Shown here in pieces: positions 37,517 to 47,200 of a stretch of 64,000 nucleotides of DNA. Made by a program: the position numbers and the translations under genes. Each line of letters opens with the position of its first letter. The stretch's first letter is position 1. Under the pieces are notes generated by a model, which did no database searches, was not told the DNA's origin, and worked only from the letters and a program-made list of their open reading frames with translations. The DNA comes from Alphaproteobacteria bacterium (GTDB taxonomy: Bacteria > Pseudomonadota > Alphaproteobacteria > CAAHEQ01 > UBA3637), in the NCBI GenBank assembly GCA_017412085.1, contig JAFPYS010000019.1, positions 90,155 to 154,154 of the forward strand, given 5' to 3'.

Positions 37517-38246
37517 AACCAGATGCCTCCACTTCCTTCACCAACTCAGCCCCAGCTGTTTTGATAATCACACCATCCCGCATAATGGAAACTTTATCAG
37601 GTTTTACATATTGCAACAAATCATCGTGGTGTGTGATAATCATAAAACTTCGTTTGGCATCACGCATCACGGATACCCCCTGCCCAACAACCTTTAAGGC
37701 ATCCACATCCAAACCAGAATCCATTTCATCCAAAATACAAAAATCAGGTTCCAACATGGCCATTTGGAAAGTTTCCAAACGCTTCTTTTCGCCGCCAGAA
37801 AAACCAACATTAACCGGACGCTTTAACATCTCGTTTGAAATGCCTAAGGCCGTTGCACGTACATTCATATACTTCATAAATGCCACAGCATCCATTGATT
37901 CCTTACCTTCAAATTTGCGCTTAGCATTTAAAGCTGTTTTTAAAAACTGGGCCAACCCAACACCTGGCAATTCAATAGGATGTTGAAACGCCAAAAACAC
38001 ACCAGCATTTGCTCTTTCATCTGGGGTCATTTTAAGTAGATCTTTTCCTTTAAACAAAACCTTGCCTTCTGTCACAACATAAGAGGGATGCCCCGTAATA
38101 ACAGCAGACAGCGTGCTTTTACCACATCCATTTGGCCCCATAATTGCATGCACCTCACCAGCCTCAATTACAAGATTTAAGCCCTTTAAAATCTCTTTAT
38201 TTCCCACTTTGGCATGTAAATTTTTAATTTCTAATAATGCTGCCAT
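37503..38246 (-). CDS. sufC: Fe-S cluster assembly ATPase SufC
   Basis: Walker A GPNGCGKST, signature FSGGEKKR, Walker B ILDEMDSGLD. 247 aa. Confidence 0.95.
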   Translation of the reverse strand: MAALLEIKNLHAKVGNKEILKGLNLVIEAGEVHAIMGPNGCGKSTLSAVITGHPSYVVTEGKVLFKGKDLLKMTPDERANAGVFLAFQHPIELPGVGLAQFLKTALNAKRKFEGKESMDAVAFMKYMNVRATALGISNEMLKRPVNVGFSGGEKKRLETFQMAMLEPDFCILDEMDSGLDVDALKVVGQGVSVMRDAKRSFMIITHHDDLLQYVKPDKVSIMRDGVIIKTAGAELVKEVEASGYDKF

Positions 38247-38255
38247 TTTCCCTCC

Positions 38256-39695
38256 TTATCCCACGGATCCTTCTAATTGAATACCAATTAATTTTTGCGT
38301 CTCTATTGCAAATTCAAGCGGTAATTTTTGCATAATTTCCCGACAAAAACCGTTTACAATCAATCCAACTGCCTCTTCCGCTGAGAGCCCACGTTGCATT
38401 GTATAAAACAATTGTTCCTCACTGATTTTGCTTGTTGTCGCCTCATGTTCAATTGTGGCTGTTTCATTGGCACACTGCATTACGGGAATTGTATGTGCGC
38501 CGCATCTATCCCCAATCAACAAACTATCGCATTTGCTAACATTTTTCGCATTTTCGGCTCCAGGAGACATTTTCACCAAGCCACGATAAGTATTGGAGCT
38601 AAAGCCCGCCGAAATACCTTTTGAAATAATTGTGGACGTTGTATTTTTCCCAAGATGGATCATCTTGGTCCCCGTATCGGCCTGTTGATGGTTATTTGTT
38701 AATGCGACTGAATAAAACTCTCCAACGGCATTATCACCCTTCAAAATACAACTTGGGTATTTCCATGTGATGGCCGATCCAGTTTCAACCTGCGTCCATG
38801 ACAATTTAGCATCGTTCATCACCAAACCACGCTTAGTCACCAAATTATACACGCCACCCTTACCATTTTTGTCACCAGGATACCAGTTTTGAACGGTGGA
38901 ATATTTTACATTAGCTCTATCCTTAACCACAATTTCCACAATTGCCGCGTGCAGTTGATTTTCATCACGCTGTGGCGCTGTGCAGCCTTCAAGATAACTG
39001 ACAGAGGACTCCTCATCTGCAATAATTAAGGTTCGTTCAAATTGTCCCGCCTGGCGTGCATTAATACGGAAATAGCTGGATAATTCCATTGGGCACTGTA
39101 CTCCTTTGGGAACATAGACAAAAGACCCATCCGAAAACACCGCGCTGTTTAGACATGCAAAAAAGTTATCTGTATATGGCACTACCGAACCCAAATATTC
39201 TTTAACCAATTCTGGATACTCATGCACCGCCTCAGAAAACGAACAGAACAAAATGCCGCGCTTTTTCAACTCTTCCTTATATGTCGTCCCGATGGATGTA
39301 CTGTCAAAAATAGCATCCACAGCCACACCAGTTAGCGCTTCCTGTTCTTTTAATGGAATGCCCAATTTCTCATAAGTCTTCAACACCTCCGGATTTACTT
39401 CATCCAAGGATTTTGGCGCTTTTTTATGGGGCGAACTATAATAATAAATATTTTGATAATCAATTGGATCATAATGTCCATGGAACCAATGAGGCTCTGT
39501 CATCGTTTGCCAATGACGAAAAGCCTTTAAACGGAAATCCAACAACCAATCCGGCTCATCCTTCTTTTTAGAAATAAAACGAATGACATCTTCATTTAAA
39601 CCCTTGGGAGCATATTCCGTTTGCACAACAGTCTCAAACCCCTCTTTATAAGGGCTATTCACAACTTCCAACAGATCTGATTGTTCTTTTTTCAT
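38256..39695 (-). CDS. sufB: Fe-S cluster assembly scaffold SufB
   Basis: 479 aa with an N-terminal SufB-specific region and C-terminal [11 protein letters not shown]...; adjacent to sufC. Confidence 0.9.
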   Translation of the reverse strand: MKKEQSDLLEVVNSPYKEGFETVVQTEYAPKGLNEDVIRFISKKKDEPDWLLDFRLKAFRHWQTMTEPHWFHGHYDPIDYQNIYYYSSPHKKAPKSLDEVNPEVLKTYEKLGIPLKEQEALTGVAVDAIFDSTSIGTTYKEELKKRGILFCSFSEAVHEYPELVKEYLGSVVPYTDNFFACLNSAVFSDGSFVYVPKGVQCPMELSSYFRINARQAGQFERTLIIADEESSVSYLEGCTAPQRDENQLHAAIVEIVVKDRANVKYSTVQNWYPGDKNGKGGVYNLVTKRGLVMNDAKLSWTQVETGSAITWKYPSCILKGDNAVGEFYSVALTNNHQQADTGTKMIHLGKNTTSTIISKGISAGFSSNTYRGLVKMSPGAENAKNVSKCDSLLIGDRCGAHTIPVMQCANETATIEHEATTSKISEEQLFYTMQRGLSAEEAVGLIVNGFCREIMQKLPLEFAIETQKLIGIQLEGSVG

Positions 39696-39799
39696 AGGCT
39701 ATAATATGCCAAATTTTATAAAAAAAGTCAAGAAAAAGCATTTTTTGCTTGCAACAAAAATAAAAACGAAGTAATCTTGCTTTAAAAGGGGTTGGTATC

Positions 39800-40798
39800 A
39801 TGTTAATGACAATTAATTTTTCACTGATCTTATTTTTAATAGTAATTGCCATTTTGTTTGTAATTACTAGCCTGTTTTTGGCCATTAAAATTAACCACAT
39901 GCGCTATAAAATGAGCATATTGTTGGAAGAAAAGGCAAAGGCCATTGAGGAAGCCGATCATTATGCCGCCCTTGCAAAGAATCCTTTGGGCCCTTTGTTT
40001 ACGCAAGATACAGAACCGCTAATTCTTTCTTTTAATGTAAAAGGAAAAATTATCAATGCCAATGATCGATTACTCCATAAATTTGGTTATACAAAAGCAC
40101 AATTAATTGGGAAAAATGCAATTGGCACCATTCTGTTAAAGCCAAATAAAGAAACCGACAGCATGATTTATCGTTTGTTTAAAAACCCAGACTTGTTTAT
40201 TGATGCCGAAACAGAAGCAATAACAAAATCCGGTGAAACACACTGGATTTCATGGACAAACAAGGTTATTTATAACTCAAAAGGCAAACCTATCGCCGCG
40301 GATGCTGTTGGATTTGATATTACAAAAAGAAAGGAAATGGAGGCCGAGTTACAATATTTGTCCTCTATTGATCCTCAAACACATGTCATGAACCGTCCCG
40401 CCTTATTGGAAACTGGTGCTACTGAGTTAAAACGAGCCAAACGCTATGGCCGTGCATTATCCGTTGTTATTTTTAAATTCTTTAATAAAAACGCCCATAG
40501 ATCCTTAACAGATGAAGAATTGCGCGCAGCAGCACAGTTAGCACGCACTGTCGTTCGTTCTGTTGATTATTTAGGCCGTATCGGAGATGTTGAATTTGCA
40601 TTAATCTTACCCGAAACGACTGCCCAAAATGTACCTTTCTTAATTCAGCGTTTATCCCAACACATGGATGAGTACAACAAAAAAACACACAATGACATTG
40701 CACTTACCTATGCTGCTGTTTCCTTTAAAAAGAAATCTGATACTATAGATAGTTTAATCAGTCAAGCGTGGCGCAAAGTAAGCGTTAAAAAGAAATGA
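39800..40798 (+). CDS. membrane-anchored PAS domain protein with a degenerate GGDEF domain (likely non-catalytic c-di-GMP signalling protein)
   Basis: N-terminal TM helix, PAS-like IINANDRLLHKFGYTKAQLIGKNAIG, and C-terminal GGDEF-like fold with RIGDVEF in place of RxGGDEF. Confidence 0.7.
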   Translation: MLMTINFSLILFLIVIAILFVITSLFLAIKINHMRYKMSILLEEKAKAIEEADHYAALAKNPLGPLFTQDTEPLILSFNVKGKIINANDRLLHKFGYTKAQLIGKNAIGTILLKPNKETDSMIYRLFKNPDLFIDAETEAITKSGETHWISWTNKVIYNSKGKPIAADAVGFDITKRKEMEAELQYLSSIDPQTHVMNRPALLETGATELKRAKRYGRALSVVIFKFFNKNAHRSLTDEELRAAAQLARTVVRSVDYLGRIGDVEFALILPETTAQNVPFLIQRLSQHMDEYNKKTHNDIALTYAAVSFKKKSDTIDSLISQAWRKVSVKKK

Positions 40799-40807
40799 GG
40801 TTATTTC

Positions 40808-41674
40808 ATGATTACGTTAAGCAATGACAAGCTGAAAATTCAAATTAATCCCGATTTAGGAGCCGCCTTACATCAATTAACATATCATGATATAGATATC
40901 CTTAGACCAACACCCAACACAACTCAAACTCCACAGGATCAGTCTTTATTTCTGATGCTTCCTTATTGCAGCTATATCAAAGGGGGACGCTTCAACTATT
41001 TTGGCATCAGTCGTCTTGTTTCAACATCTGATTCCCAGGTGCAAGATCCTATACACGGAGATGGATGGAAAGCAAAATGGGGCATTGAGGCCCAAACAAA
41101 CAACAACGCGACCTTGTTTTACAAACACACAAAAGATAACGGATTCCCATTTGATTATACAGCAAAAGTAACTTACACACTTGAAGATAATCAATTAAAA
41201 ATCACCCTTTCCGTACATAATCCTTCAGGATTACCAATGCCTTGTGGTATGGGGGTTCATCCATATTTTATGCATCCACAAACGGCTCAAATCTCTTTTA
41301 CATCCTCTCACATATGGCATCACAAGAACGATCCTATTTTTGATCGCCCATACCCCACTCCAAAAGAATGGGACTTTGCAAAGGAGCGCATGCTATCGGA
41401 AGATTTTGATACTGCTTTTGGGGGATGGGATGGTCATGCGTCCATTACTTATCCCGATCAGAAAGTAAAGGTCTCCATTGATGGTGAAGATATTTTCCAT
41501 CACATAGTTTTATATTCTCCAAAAGGGGCAGATTTCTTCTGTTTGGAACCAGTCAGCAATACCCCTGACGCTTTCAACCTGGCAGCCTACGGAGTCATTG
41601 GTACCGGCATTCAAAGTATCGGTGGCGGCCAAACCCTCACGAAAACAATCTGTTTTACCTGCGATACGGTGTAA
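40808..41674 (+). CDS. aldose 1-epimerase (galactose mutarotase-like) family protein
   Basis: 288 aa with the PIHGDGW motif and a beta-sandwich-type composition (HPYF, Y...P residues) typical of YphB/YeaD-like mutarotases. Confidence 0.55.
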   Translation: MITLSNDKLKIQINPDLGAALHQLTYHDIDILRPTPNTTQTPQDQSLFLMLPYCSYIKGGRFNYFGISRLVSTSDSQVQDPIHGDGWKAKWGIEAQTNNNATLFYKHTKDNGFPFDYTAKVTYTLEDNQLKITLSVHNPSGLPMPCGMGVHPYFMHPQTAQISFTSSHIWHHKNDPIFDRPYPTPKEWDFAKERMLSEDFDTAFGGWDGHASITYPDQKVKVSIDGEDIFHHIVLYSPKGADFFCLEPVSNTPDAFNLAAYGVIGTGIQSIGGGQTLTKTICFTCDTV

Positions 41675-41681
41675 AAAGTTC

Positions 41682-41710
41682 TTGCGTTTTTGAAAGCAAT
41701 TTTGTATAAT
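41682..41710 (+). promoter_or_regulatory. sigma70-like promoter for tRNA-Glu(CTC) (TTGCGT-17-TATAAT)
   Basis: TTGCGT at 41682-41687, a 17-nt spacer, then TATAAT at 41705-41710, 9 nt before the tRNA. Confidence 0.5.
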
Positions 41711-41719
41711 GTTTCCAAC

Positions 41720-41794
41720 GACCCTATCATCTAACGGTTAGGATACGGCCCTCTCAAGGCCGGTACACGGGTTCAAATCCCGTTAGGGTCGCCA
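41720..41794 (+). tRNA. tRNA-Glu (anticodon CTC), CCA encoded
   Basis: GACCCTA acceptor pairing with TAGGGTC, anticodon stem-loop CGGCC-CTCTCAA-GGCCG, T-arm ACGGG-TTCAAAT-CCCGT. 75 nt. Confidence 0.85.
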
Positions 41795-41799
41795 ATTAA

Positions 41800-41828
41800 A
41801 AGGATGCCCCATTTGTGGGCATTTTTTA
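41800..41828 (+). terminator. rho-independent terminator after tRNA-Glu(CTC)
   Basis: Hairpin ATGCCC-CATTTGT-GGGCAT followed by T6. Confidence 0.6.
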
Positions 41829-41903
41829 ATTGGGAAATTTCTGACAGGAAATGAACACGTCGGGTTCGGCCAAAGGCAACGCCTTAAGGCGGTAAATCCC
41901 GTT

Positions 41904-41923
41904 AGGGTCGCCATTAAGTGCAA
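41904..41923 (+). repeat. 20-nt direct repeat of the tRNA-Glu 3' end (AAATCCCGTTAGGGTCGCCA); tRNA remnant with no 5' half
   Basis: Exact copy of tRNA-Glu(CTC) positions 56-75 lying 110 nt downstream. No complementary acceptor 5' strand upstream. Followed by its own terminator. Confidence 0.55.
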
Positions 41924-41931
41924 AACGCCTT

Positions 41932-41956
41932 TTGTGGGCGTTTTTTCTTTTATTTT
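41932..41956 (+). terminator. rho-independent terminator after the tRNA-fragment repeat (similar to the tRNA-Glu(TTC) terminator)
   Basis: AACGCC-TTTTGT-GGGCGTT followed by T6. Compare AACGCC-TTTGCT-GGGCGTT at 7672. Confidence 0.5.
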
Positions 41957-42021
41957 CAATCACTTGTGATAGTTCGTAACTCTATTTATCAAAATCGGCT
42001 ATTTTTCAGCGTTTCCAAACT

Positions 42022-42456
42022 TTACTTACCAATAGTATTACTTAGACGCGGCGTTCTGTTATGAACAAGTGCGTGTTTCTTTTGGCATTGCTCCGCAAAA
42101 GTTTTAACATACGGTGCTAGTTTGCCCGGTCCTACAGCTTCATATTTTGCTGGGTCGTATTGCAAAGGAAAACCTTTATTTAATAACTCCACTCCAATAT
42201 CAACCATTTTCAGATGAGCATTCTGGCTGGCCGTCAAAAGTCGGCTTGTTTTTTTATACAAGTAACTTTCGTCAAATAATTCTTGAGCCAACCAATAACT
42301 GCTTGCCAAAAATTGCCCAGCAACAATATCCCCACCCTCTTCCTTTTTATATTGGAAATCTGGCTTACTTACAATCCCGCGAACCGAATCCAATCGAGCA
42401 TTCAACGGACCCAATTCATTGATTAAATCACAAATTTCAAAGTACTTTTCTCGCAT
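42022..42456 (-). CDS. hypothetical protein (144 aa)
   Basis: ORF with coding-like composition. No family recognised. Confidence 0.5.
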   Translation of the reverse strand: MREKYFEICDLINELGPLNARLDSVRGIVSKPDFQYKKEEGGDIVAGQFLASSYWLAQELFDESYLYKKTSRLLTASQNAHLKMVDIGVELLNKGFPLQYDPAKYEAVGPGKLAPYVKTFAEQCQKKHALVHNRTPRLSNTIGK

Positions 42457-42499
42457 GCCTTTACTGTACAGAATATCCAGGCAAAAGTCAAGCTTTATT

Positions 42500-43042
42500 T
42501 TATAACAGCCCTTTTAAAGCCCCTAAAATTGCAGCAAGCACAATAAATGTAATGGGATGCCATTTAAATTTAAAAGTTAAGAACAGATAGAAAAGAAAAA
42601 TTCCCAAAGACAACCCAAAAGTTTCCGGTGTTGATGTGTGCTCAAATATTGTTTTAATCAGCCTTAACACAAAGCCAAAAATCATCATCGCAACTGCTGG
42701 ACGCAAGCCCTGAAAAATTGCTTCAACCCATTCACTTTCTTTAAAACGCTTTAAAAAATGGCACAGAATGATAATTCCCAGCAACATCGGCAAAACCAAA
42801 CCAAGTGTTGCCACCAAACCACCCCACACGCCTGCCGTTTGTAAACCGGTATAGGTTGCCATATTTACCCCTAATGGTCCCGGTGTCGACTCAGAAATAG
42901 CAATCATTTTTACCAAATCAGACGTTGAAAACCAATTTGTCTCTTCGGACAATTGAAATAAAAATGGGACCGTCGCTAACCCGCCACCAATCGCGAAAAG
43001 GCCTATTTTAAAGAAGGAAAAAAATAACGCAATGTAAATCAT
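42500..43042 (-). CDS. chromate transporter (CHR) family protein, short half-size form, subunit 2
   Basis: FFKIGLFAIGGGLATVPFLF signature of the CHR family. 180 aa. Overlaps the upstream half-gene by 4 nt. Confidence 0.7.
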   Translation of the reverse strand: MIYIALFFSFFKIGLFAIGGGLATVPFLFQLSEETNWFSTSDLVKMIAISESTPGPLGVNMATYTGLQTAGVWGGLVATLGLVLPMLLGIIILCHFLKRFKESEWVEAIFQGLRPAVAMMIFGFVLRLIKTIFEHTSTPETFGLSLGIFLFYLFLTFKFKWHPITFIVLAAILGALKGLL

Positions 43043-43572
43043 TTTTTACCTCTCATATAAAAACGCAGAAAGCTGACAAATCCACACAATAATAAAATCT
43101 CCACTGGTGAACAATTAAGCAAAGCCAAAAACAACGCCAATCCCATCAACACCAAACAAAAGCGATCAGTCGCACGATCTTTGACCATCTTAACAATAAT
43201 GGGCAAAATCAAGGCCGGCACCATCAATTGCACACTAGCAAACGCGTTTTGCACAATCGGATCTGTCCAAATTTTACTCAACCCTAAAGCCAACAATGTA
43301 ATCACAATCAAAGACGGTGCGATTATCCCTATCATTGTACAAATAGCGCCCGACCAACCCTTTAATTTATATCCCACAAAGGTTGAAATATTCACAGCAA
43401 TAATACCCGGCGTCATTTGAGATAGAGCGTAATAATTCAAAATTTCTTTTTCTGTTGCCCATCCTCGCTGTTTCATGATTTTCTGAATCAACGGCAACAT
43501 AGCATAGCCGCCCCCAAAGGTAAAGAGGCCTATCTTAAAAAACGATATAAATAAATCCCAATATATTCTCAT
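43039..43572 (-). CDS. chromate transporter (CHR) family protein, short half-size form, subunit 1
   Basis: FFKIGLFTFGGGYAMLPLIQ signature. Start set at MRIYWDLF; the upstream ORF extension is ignored. Confidence 0.65.
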   Translation of the reverse strand: MRIYWDLFISFFKIGLFTFGGGYAMLPLIQKIMKQRGWATEKEILNYYALSQMTPGIIAVNISTFVGYKLKGWSGAICTMIGIIAPSLIVITLLALGLSKIWTDPIVQNAFASVQLMVPALILPIIVKMVKDRATDRFCLVLMGLALFLALLNCSPVEILLLCGFVSFLRFYMRGKK

Positions 43573-43710
43573 AATTTTCCCATAATATGGGGCAAATATA
43601 CAAAAATCATCTTTCTTTGTCAAGCTTAATATAACCCTCTTTACGATTATATGAGTTGACAATCAAACCAGATCTTCCCACTTAAAGCCTGTAGAAAAAA
43701 GGAGGATCCA

Positions 43711-43971
43711 ATGACAAAAAAATGTGAAAGCGCTTTAACAGCAGAAGAAAAGAAAAAATTAAAACAAGAACTACATACCGTATGGCCACAGTTTCCGCTT
43801 GATTTGCGTAAAGTTATCTTTGAGGCCAAAAAACACAAGCTAAATATCATGTATATGATTGAAAATTGGGCAGAAGAAAATCACAATCAAATTTTGGTTG
43901 AACTTTTATCTCGTAAAATCGCCTGCTCCGAGAAAAAGTTAAAAGAAATGGAAAAAGAATTGGAAGCTTAA
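43711..43971 (+). CDS. hypothetical small protein (86 aa)
   Basis: Strong AAGGAGG RBS. Lys/Glu-rich helical composition. Immediately followed by the LuxR-type HTH gene. Confidence 0.5.
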   Translation: MTKKCESALTAEEKKKLKQELHTVWPQFPLDLRKVIFEAKKHKLNIMYMIENWAEENHNQILVELLSRKIACSEKKLKEMEKELEA

Positions 43972-43989
43972 TTGGAAAGGGAAAAGGCA

Positions 43990-44223
43990 ATGAAACCATA
44001 CAACAAAAATAATTATGCACTGGAAAATGGCCTTTTCTTGTCACCTCGACAGGTTGCTGTCTTGGAACAACTGGCACTTGGTCTCAGTAACAAACAAATT
44101 GCTCATGAACTTGGCATTGCAGAACCCACCATCAAAATGCATGTCAGCGCTCTACTTCGCGCGCTTGGCGTTCAAAATCGTGTACAAATACTCATAAAAG
44201 CGAAACAACTGGGCTTTATTTAA
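43990..44223 (+). CDS. LuxR/GerE-type HTH DNA-binding protein (stand-alone HTH domain)
   Basis: LSPRQVAVLEQLALGLSNKQIAHELGIAEPTIKMHVSALLRALGVQNRVQ is a canonical LuxR C-terminal HTH. Confidence 0.65.
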   Translation: MKPYNKNNYALENGLFLSPRQVAVLEQLALGLSNKQIAHELGIAEPTIKMHVSALLRALGVQNRVQILIKAKQLGFI

Positions 44224-44256
44224 AAACTCCCCCTGCTTGGGGGAGCTATTTTATCA
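44224..44256. terminator. bidirectional terminator between the LuxR-type gene and mfd
   Basis: Hairpin CTCCCCC-TGCTT-GGGGGAG, with T-rich flank on the minus side (after mfd) and ATTTTA on the plus side. Confidence 0.55.
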
Positions 44257-44262
44257 TACACT

Positions 44263-47200
44263 TTAAACAACTTCTTTTGCCAGTTCGGCAAATTTCTGTA
44301 TCATATCACGCACGCCTTTTAAACGTGTCTCCACCCGACCCCATGGCCGCATAACAATCAGCTTTTGATCCGGACGCAACTTGACAGTTCCTAATTGCTC
44401 TTGAATATATTTGATAAGTCCTGCGGGGTTTGGGAAGGTGTTGTTAAAGAAGCTGACGGTTGCACCCTTTTCACCAGCGTCAATGCGTTCGATATTCGCT
44501 TGTTTCGCCAAGATCTTTAACTCCAACGTCATAAATAAATTGTCCGTTTCAATGGGATATTGCCCAAAACGATCAATTAATTCCGCACGCATAGATTCAA
44601 TTTCTGCTATCGTTGTTAATTCACTCATGCGATGATATAAATCCATTCTGACATCCAAATCGGCAATATAGGTATCCGGGATTAACACCGGCAACCCAAC
44701 AGAAACTTGAGGTGAAAAATCTTGTTGAACCGGCTCTTTATCTCCCGCCTTTTCGGCGCGTAAAGTTGCCACAGCTTCTGCCAACATTTTCTGATATAAA
44801 GCCACGCCAATTTCACGAATATGTCCAGACTGATCATCTCCAAGCAAGTTCCCCGCTCCACGAATATCCAAATCGTGACTAGCCAGTGCAAAACCAGCCC
44901 CTAAGCTGTCCAGGCGCCCAATAACTTCCAAACGCTTATGTGCATTCTCAGATAACGTTTGTTCCATTGGTGTTGTCAAATAGGCATAAGCCTTAATTTT
45001 ACCACGTCCGACACGGCCCCGCAGTTGATATAGCGCCGCCAAACCAAACATGTCCGCTCGATATACAATTATCGTATTAACGGACAACATATCAAGACCA
45101 GATTCAATGATACTGGTCGCCAACAACACATCAAATTTCTTTTCAGAAAAATCCGTCATAATTTTTTCAAGCTGGCTGGCCGCCATTTGTCCATGTGCCT
45201 GCACCACCTTAATATCTGGCAAAATTGATTTTAAGACCTCAGCCACCTCCGGCATATCCGTAATACGCGGTACCACAAAGAACGTTTGACCGCCCCGGAA
45301 ATGTTCGCGCAAAATCGCTTCTTTAATCACCACAGGATCAAACGGCATCACGTAAGTTTTAACGGCCAAACGATCCACGGGCGGTGTAGCAATAACCGAC
45401 AATTCGCGCACGCCAGACAACGAAAGTTGCAATGTTCTTGGGATTGGCGTTGCAGTTAGGGTCAGCACATGTACCCCCGTTTTTAATTCCTTTAAACGTT
45501 CTTTGTGCGCGACACCGAAATGTTGTTCCTCATCCACAATCACAAGCCCCAGATTTTTAAACTTAATCGTTTTACTTAAAACAGCATGTGTTCCAATTAC
45601 GATATCAAGAGAGCCGTTTTCAAGCTCCTTTTTCACCTTTTTAGCATGCGTCGGTATGACAAGACGTGAAAGGGTGTCAATCCTCACCGGAAATCCTTGA
45701 AAACGTTCTGTAAAGTTTTGCGTATGCTGACGTGCCAATAGTGTGGTGGGAGCAACAACCACCACCTGCTTACCACTCAACACGGCCAAGAAAGCCGCGC
45801 GCATCGCAACCTCTGTTTTTCCAAATCCAACATCCCCACACACAAGGCGATCCATTGGTGTTCCCTTTGCCAAATCTGTTTCAATTTCCTGAATTGTGCG
45901 CAACTGATCATCCGTCTCTGTATAGGGAAAACGCGCACAAAATTCCTGATACAAACCATGAGGAGCCAAGATTCTGTCCACCTTGTTCAAGACACGATGT
46001 GAAGCAATATCTAATAATTTATCCGCCATAGCAAACAAATCTTTTTTCACACGCTCTTTTTTATTAGCAAAAGATTGTGATCCCAAATGATCTAATGCTA
46101 CCTCACCAGAGCCATAGCGCGATAAGATATCTGCATTTTCCACCGGAACGAATAACTTGTCATTACCCGCATACAAAATGCACAAACAATCATGGGCCGC
46201 CCCATCTAATTGCAGTGGCACAAGACCAGCAAACTGTCCTATACCATGCACTTGATGCACAACCAAATCACCCACAGAAAGTGTGGATACATCTTGAATA
46301 AAATTCTCGGCTCGCTTCTTCTTAATAGGACGTTGAATACGTTCACCAAACATATCCGCTTCGGTGATCACAATGAAATCATCCGTCTGGAAACCAGATT
46401 CAAATGGAGCAACAAACAAACTTGGCGCGTGTTTTAAAGCGTGATCCCACGTTTCCACTTCCGATAAAAACAGATTCTTTTCCTTAAGTTGGGCCAAAAT
46501 ACGCTGTCCAGATCCACCCATTGCGGCTGTCACAATAACTTTTTTACCACAAGATCGAATGAAATCGGCAACCGCTTCAAAGATATCTTGATCATTCTTC
46601 ACGCGTATATCCACAAAGTCTCGCCCGGCACGCGCGCCTTGATCCTTCGCCCCAACATCTTGGAACGGAGTTAACATATAAGCATCACTTGAAGATACAA
46701 GTTTATCACTTTGATTTTTATCAATAAAAAATAATTCTTTTGGAATTGGATAATACTTGGATTTGTTTAAATTTTTATCTTTTAAAGCTTGTAATCTAGC
46801 ATCATAATAATCCTGAATCTGGGTTTCACGAGCAGCCAAAGATTGGTAAAATTGCGGATCAAAAGTATAAACTGCATCAGGCAAATAATCCTTTAGATGC
46901 ATCATGTTGTCATAAAACAATGGCAAAAAATGCTCCATCCCCTGAAGATAACGTCCTTCGGAAACGGCCTGATAAACAGCATCGTCCCTAACCTCTCCGA
47001 ACAAATTCCGATAACGAGAACGAAATAATTCTTGTGACTCGGGCGTCATTTTAAATAATCGATTTGGCTTAATGGCGAAAGAATCTATTTTAGATAATGT
47101 TCTCTGGCTTATTGGATCAAACGTGCGAATAGAATCAATCTCATCACCGAAAAAATCCAATCGCACTGGCGTTTCCATGCCCGCCGCAAAGATATCCAAA

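Noticed and set aside
41830-41923. A possible second full tRNA downstream of tRNA-Glu(CTC)
   Set aside because: Only the 3' 20 nt match a tRNA. No acceptor 5' strand, D-arm or anticodon arm can be folded, so this is a fragment or repeat rather than a gene.
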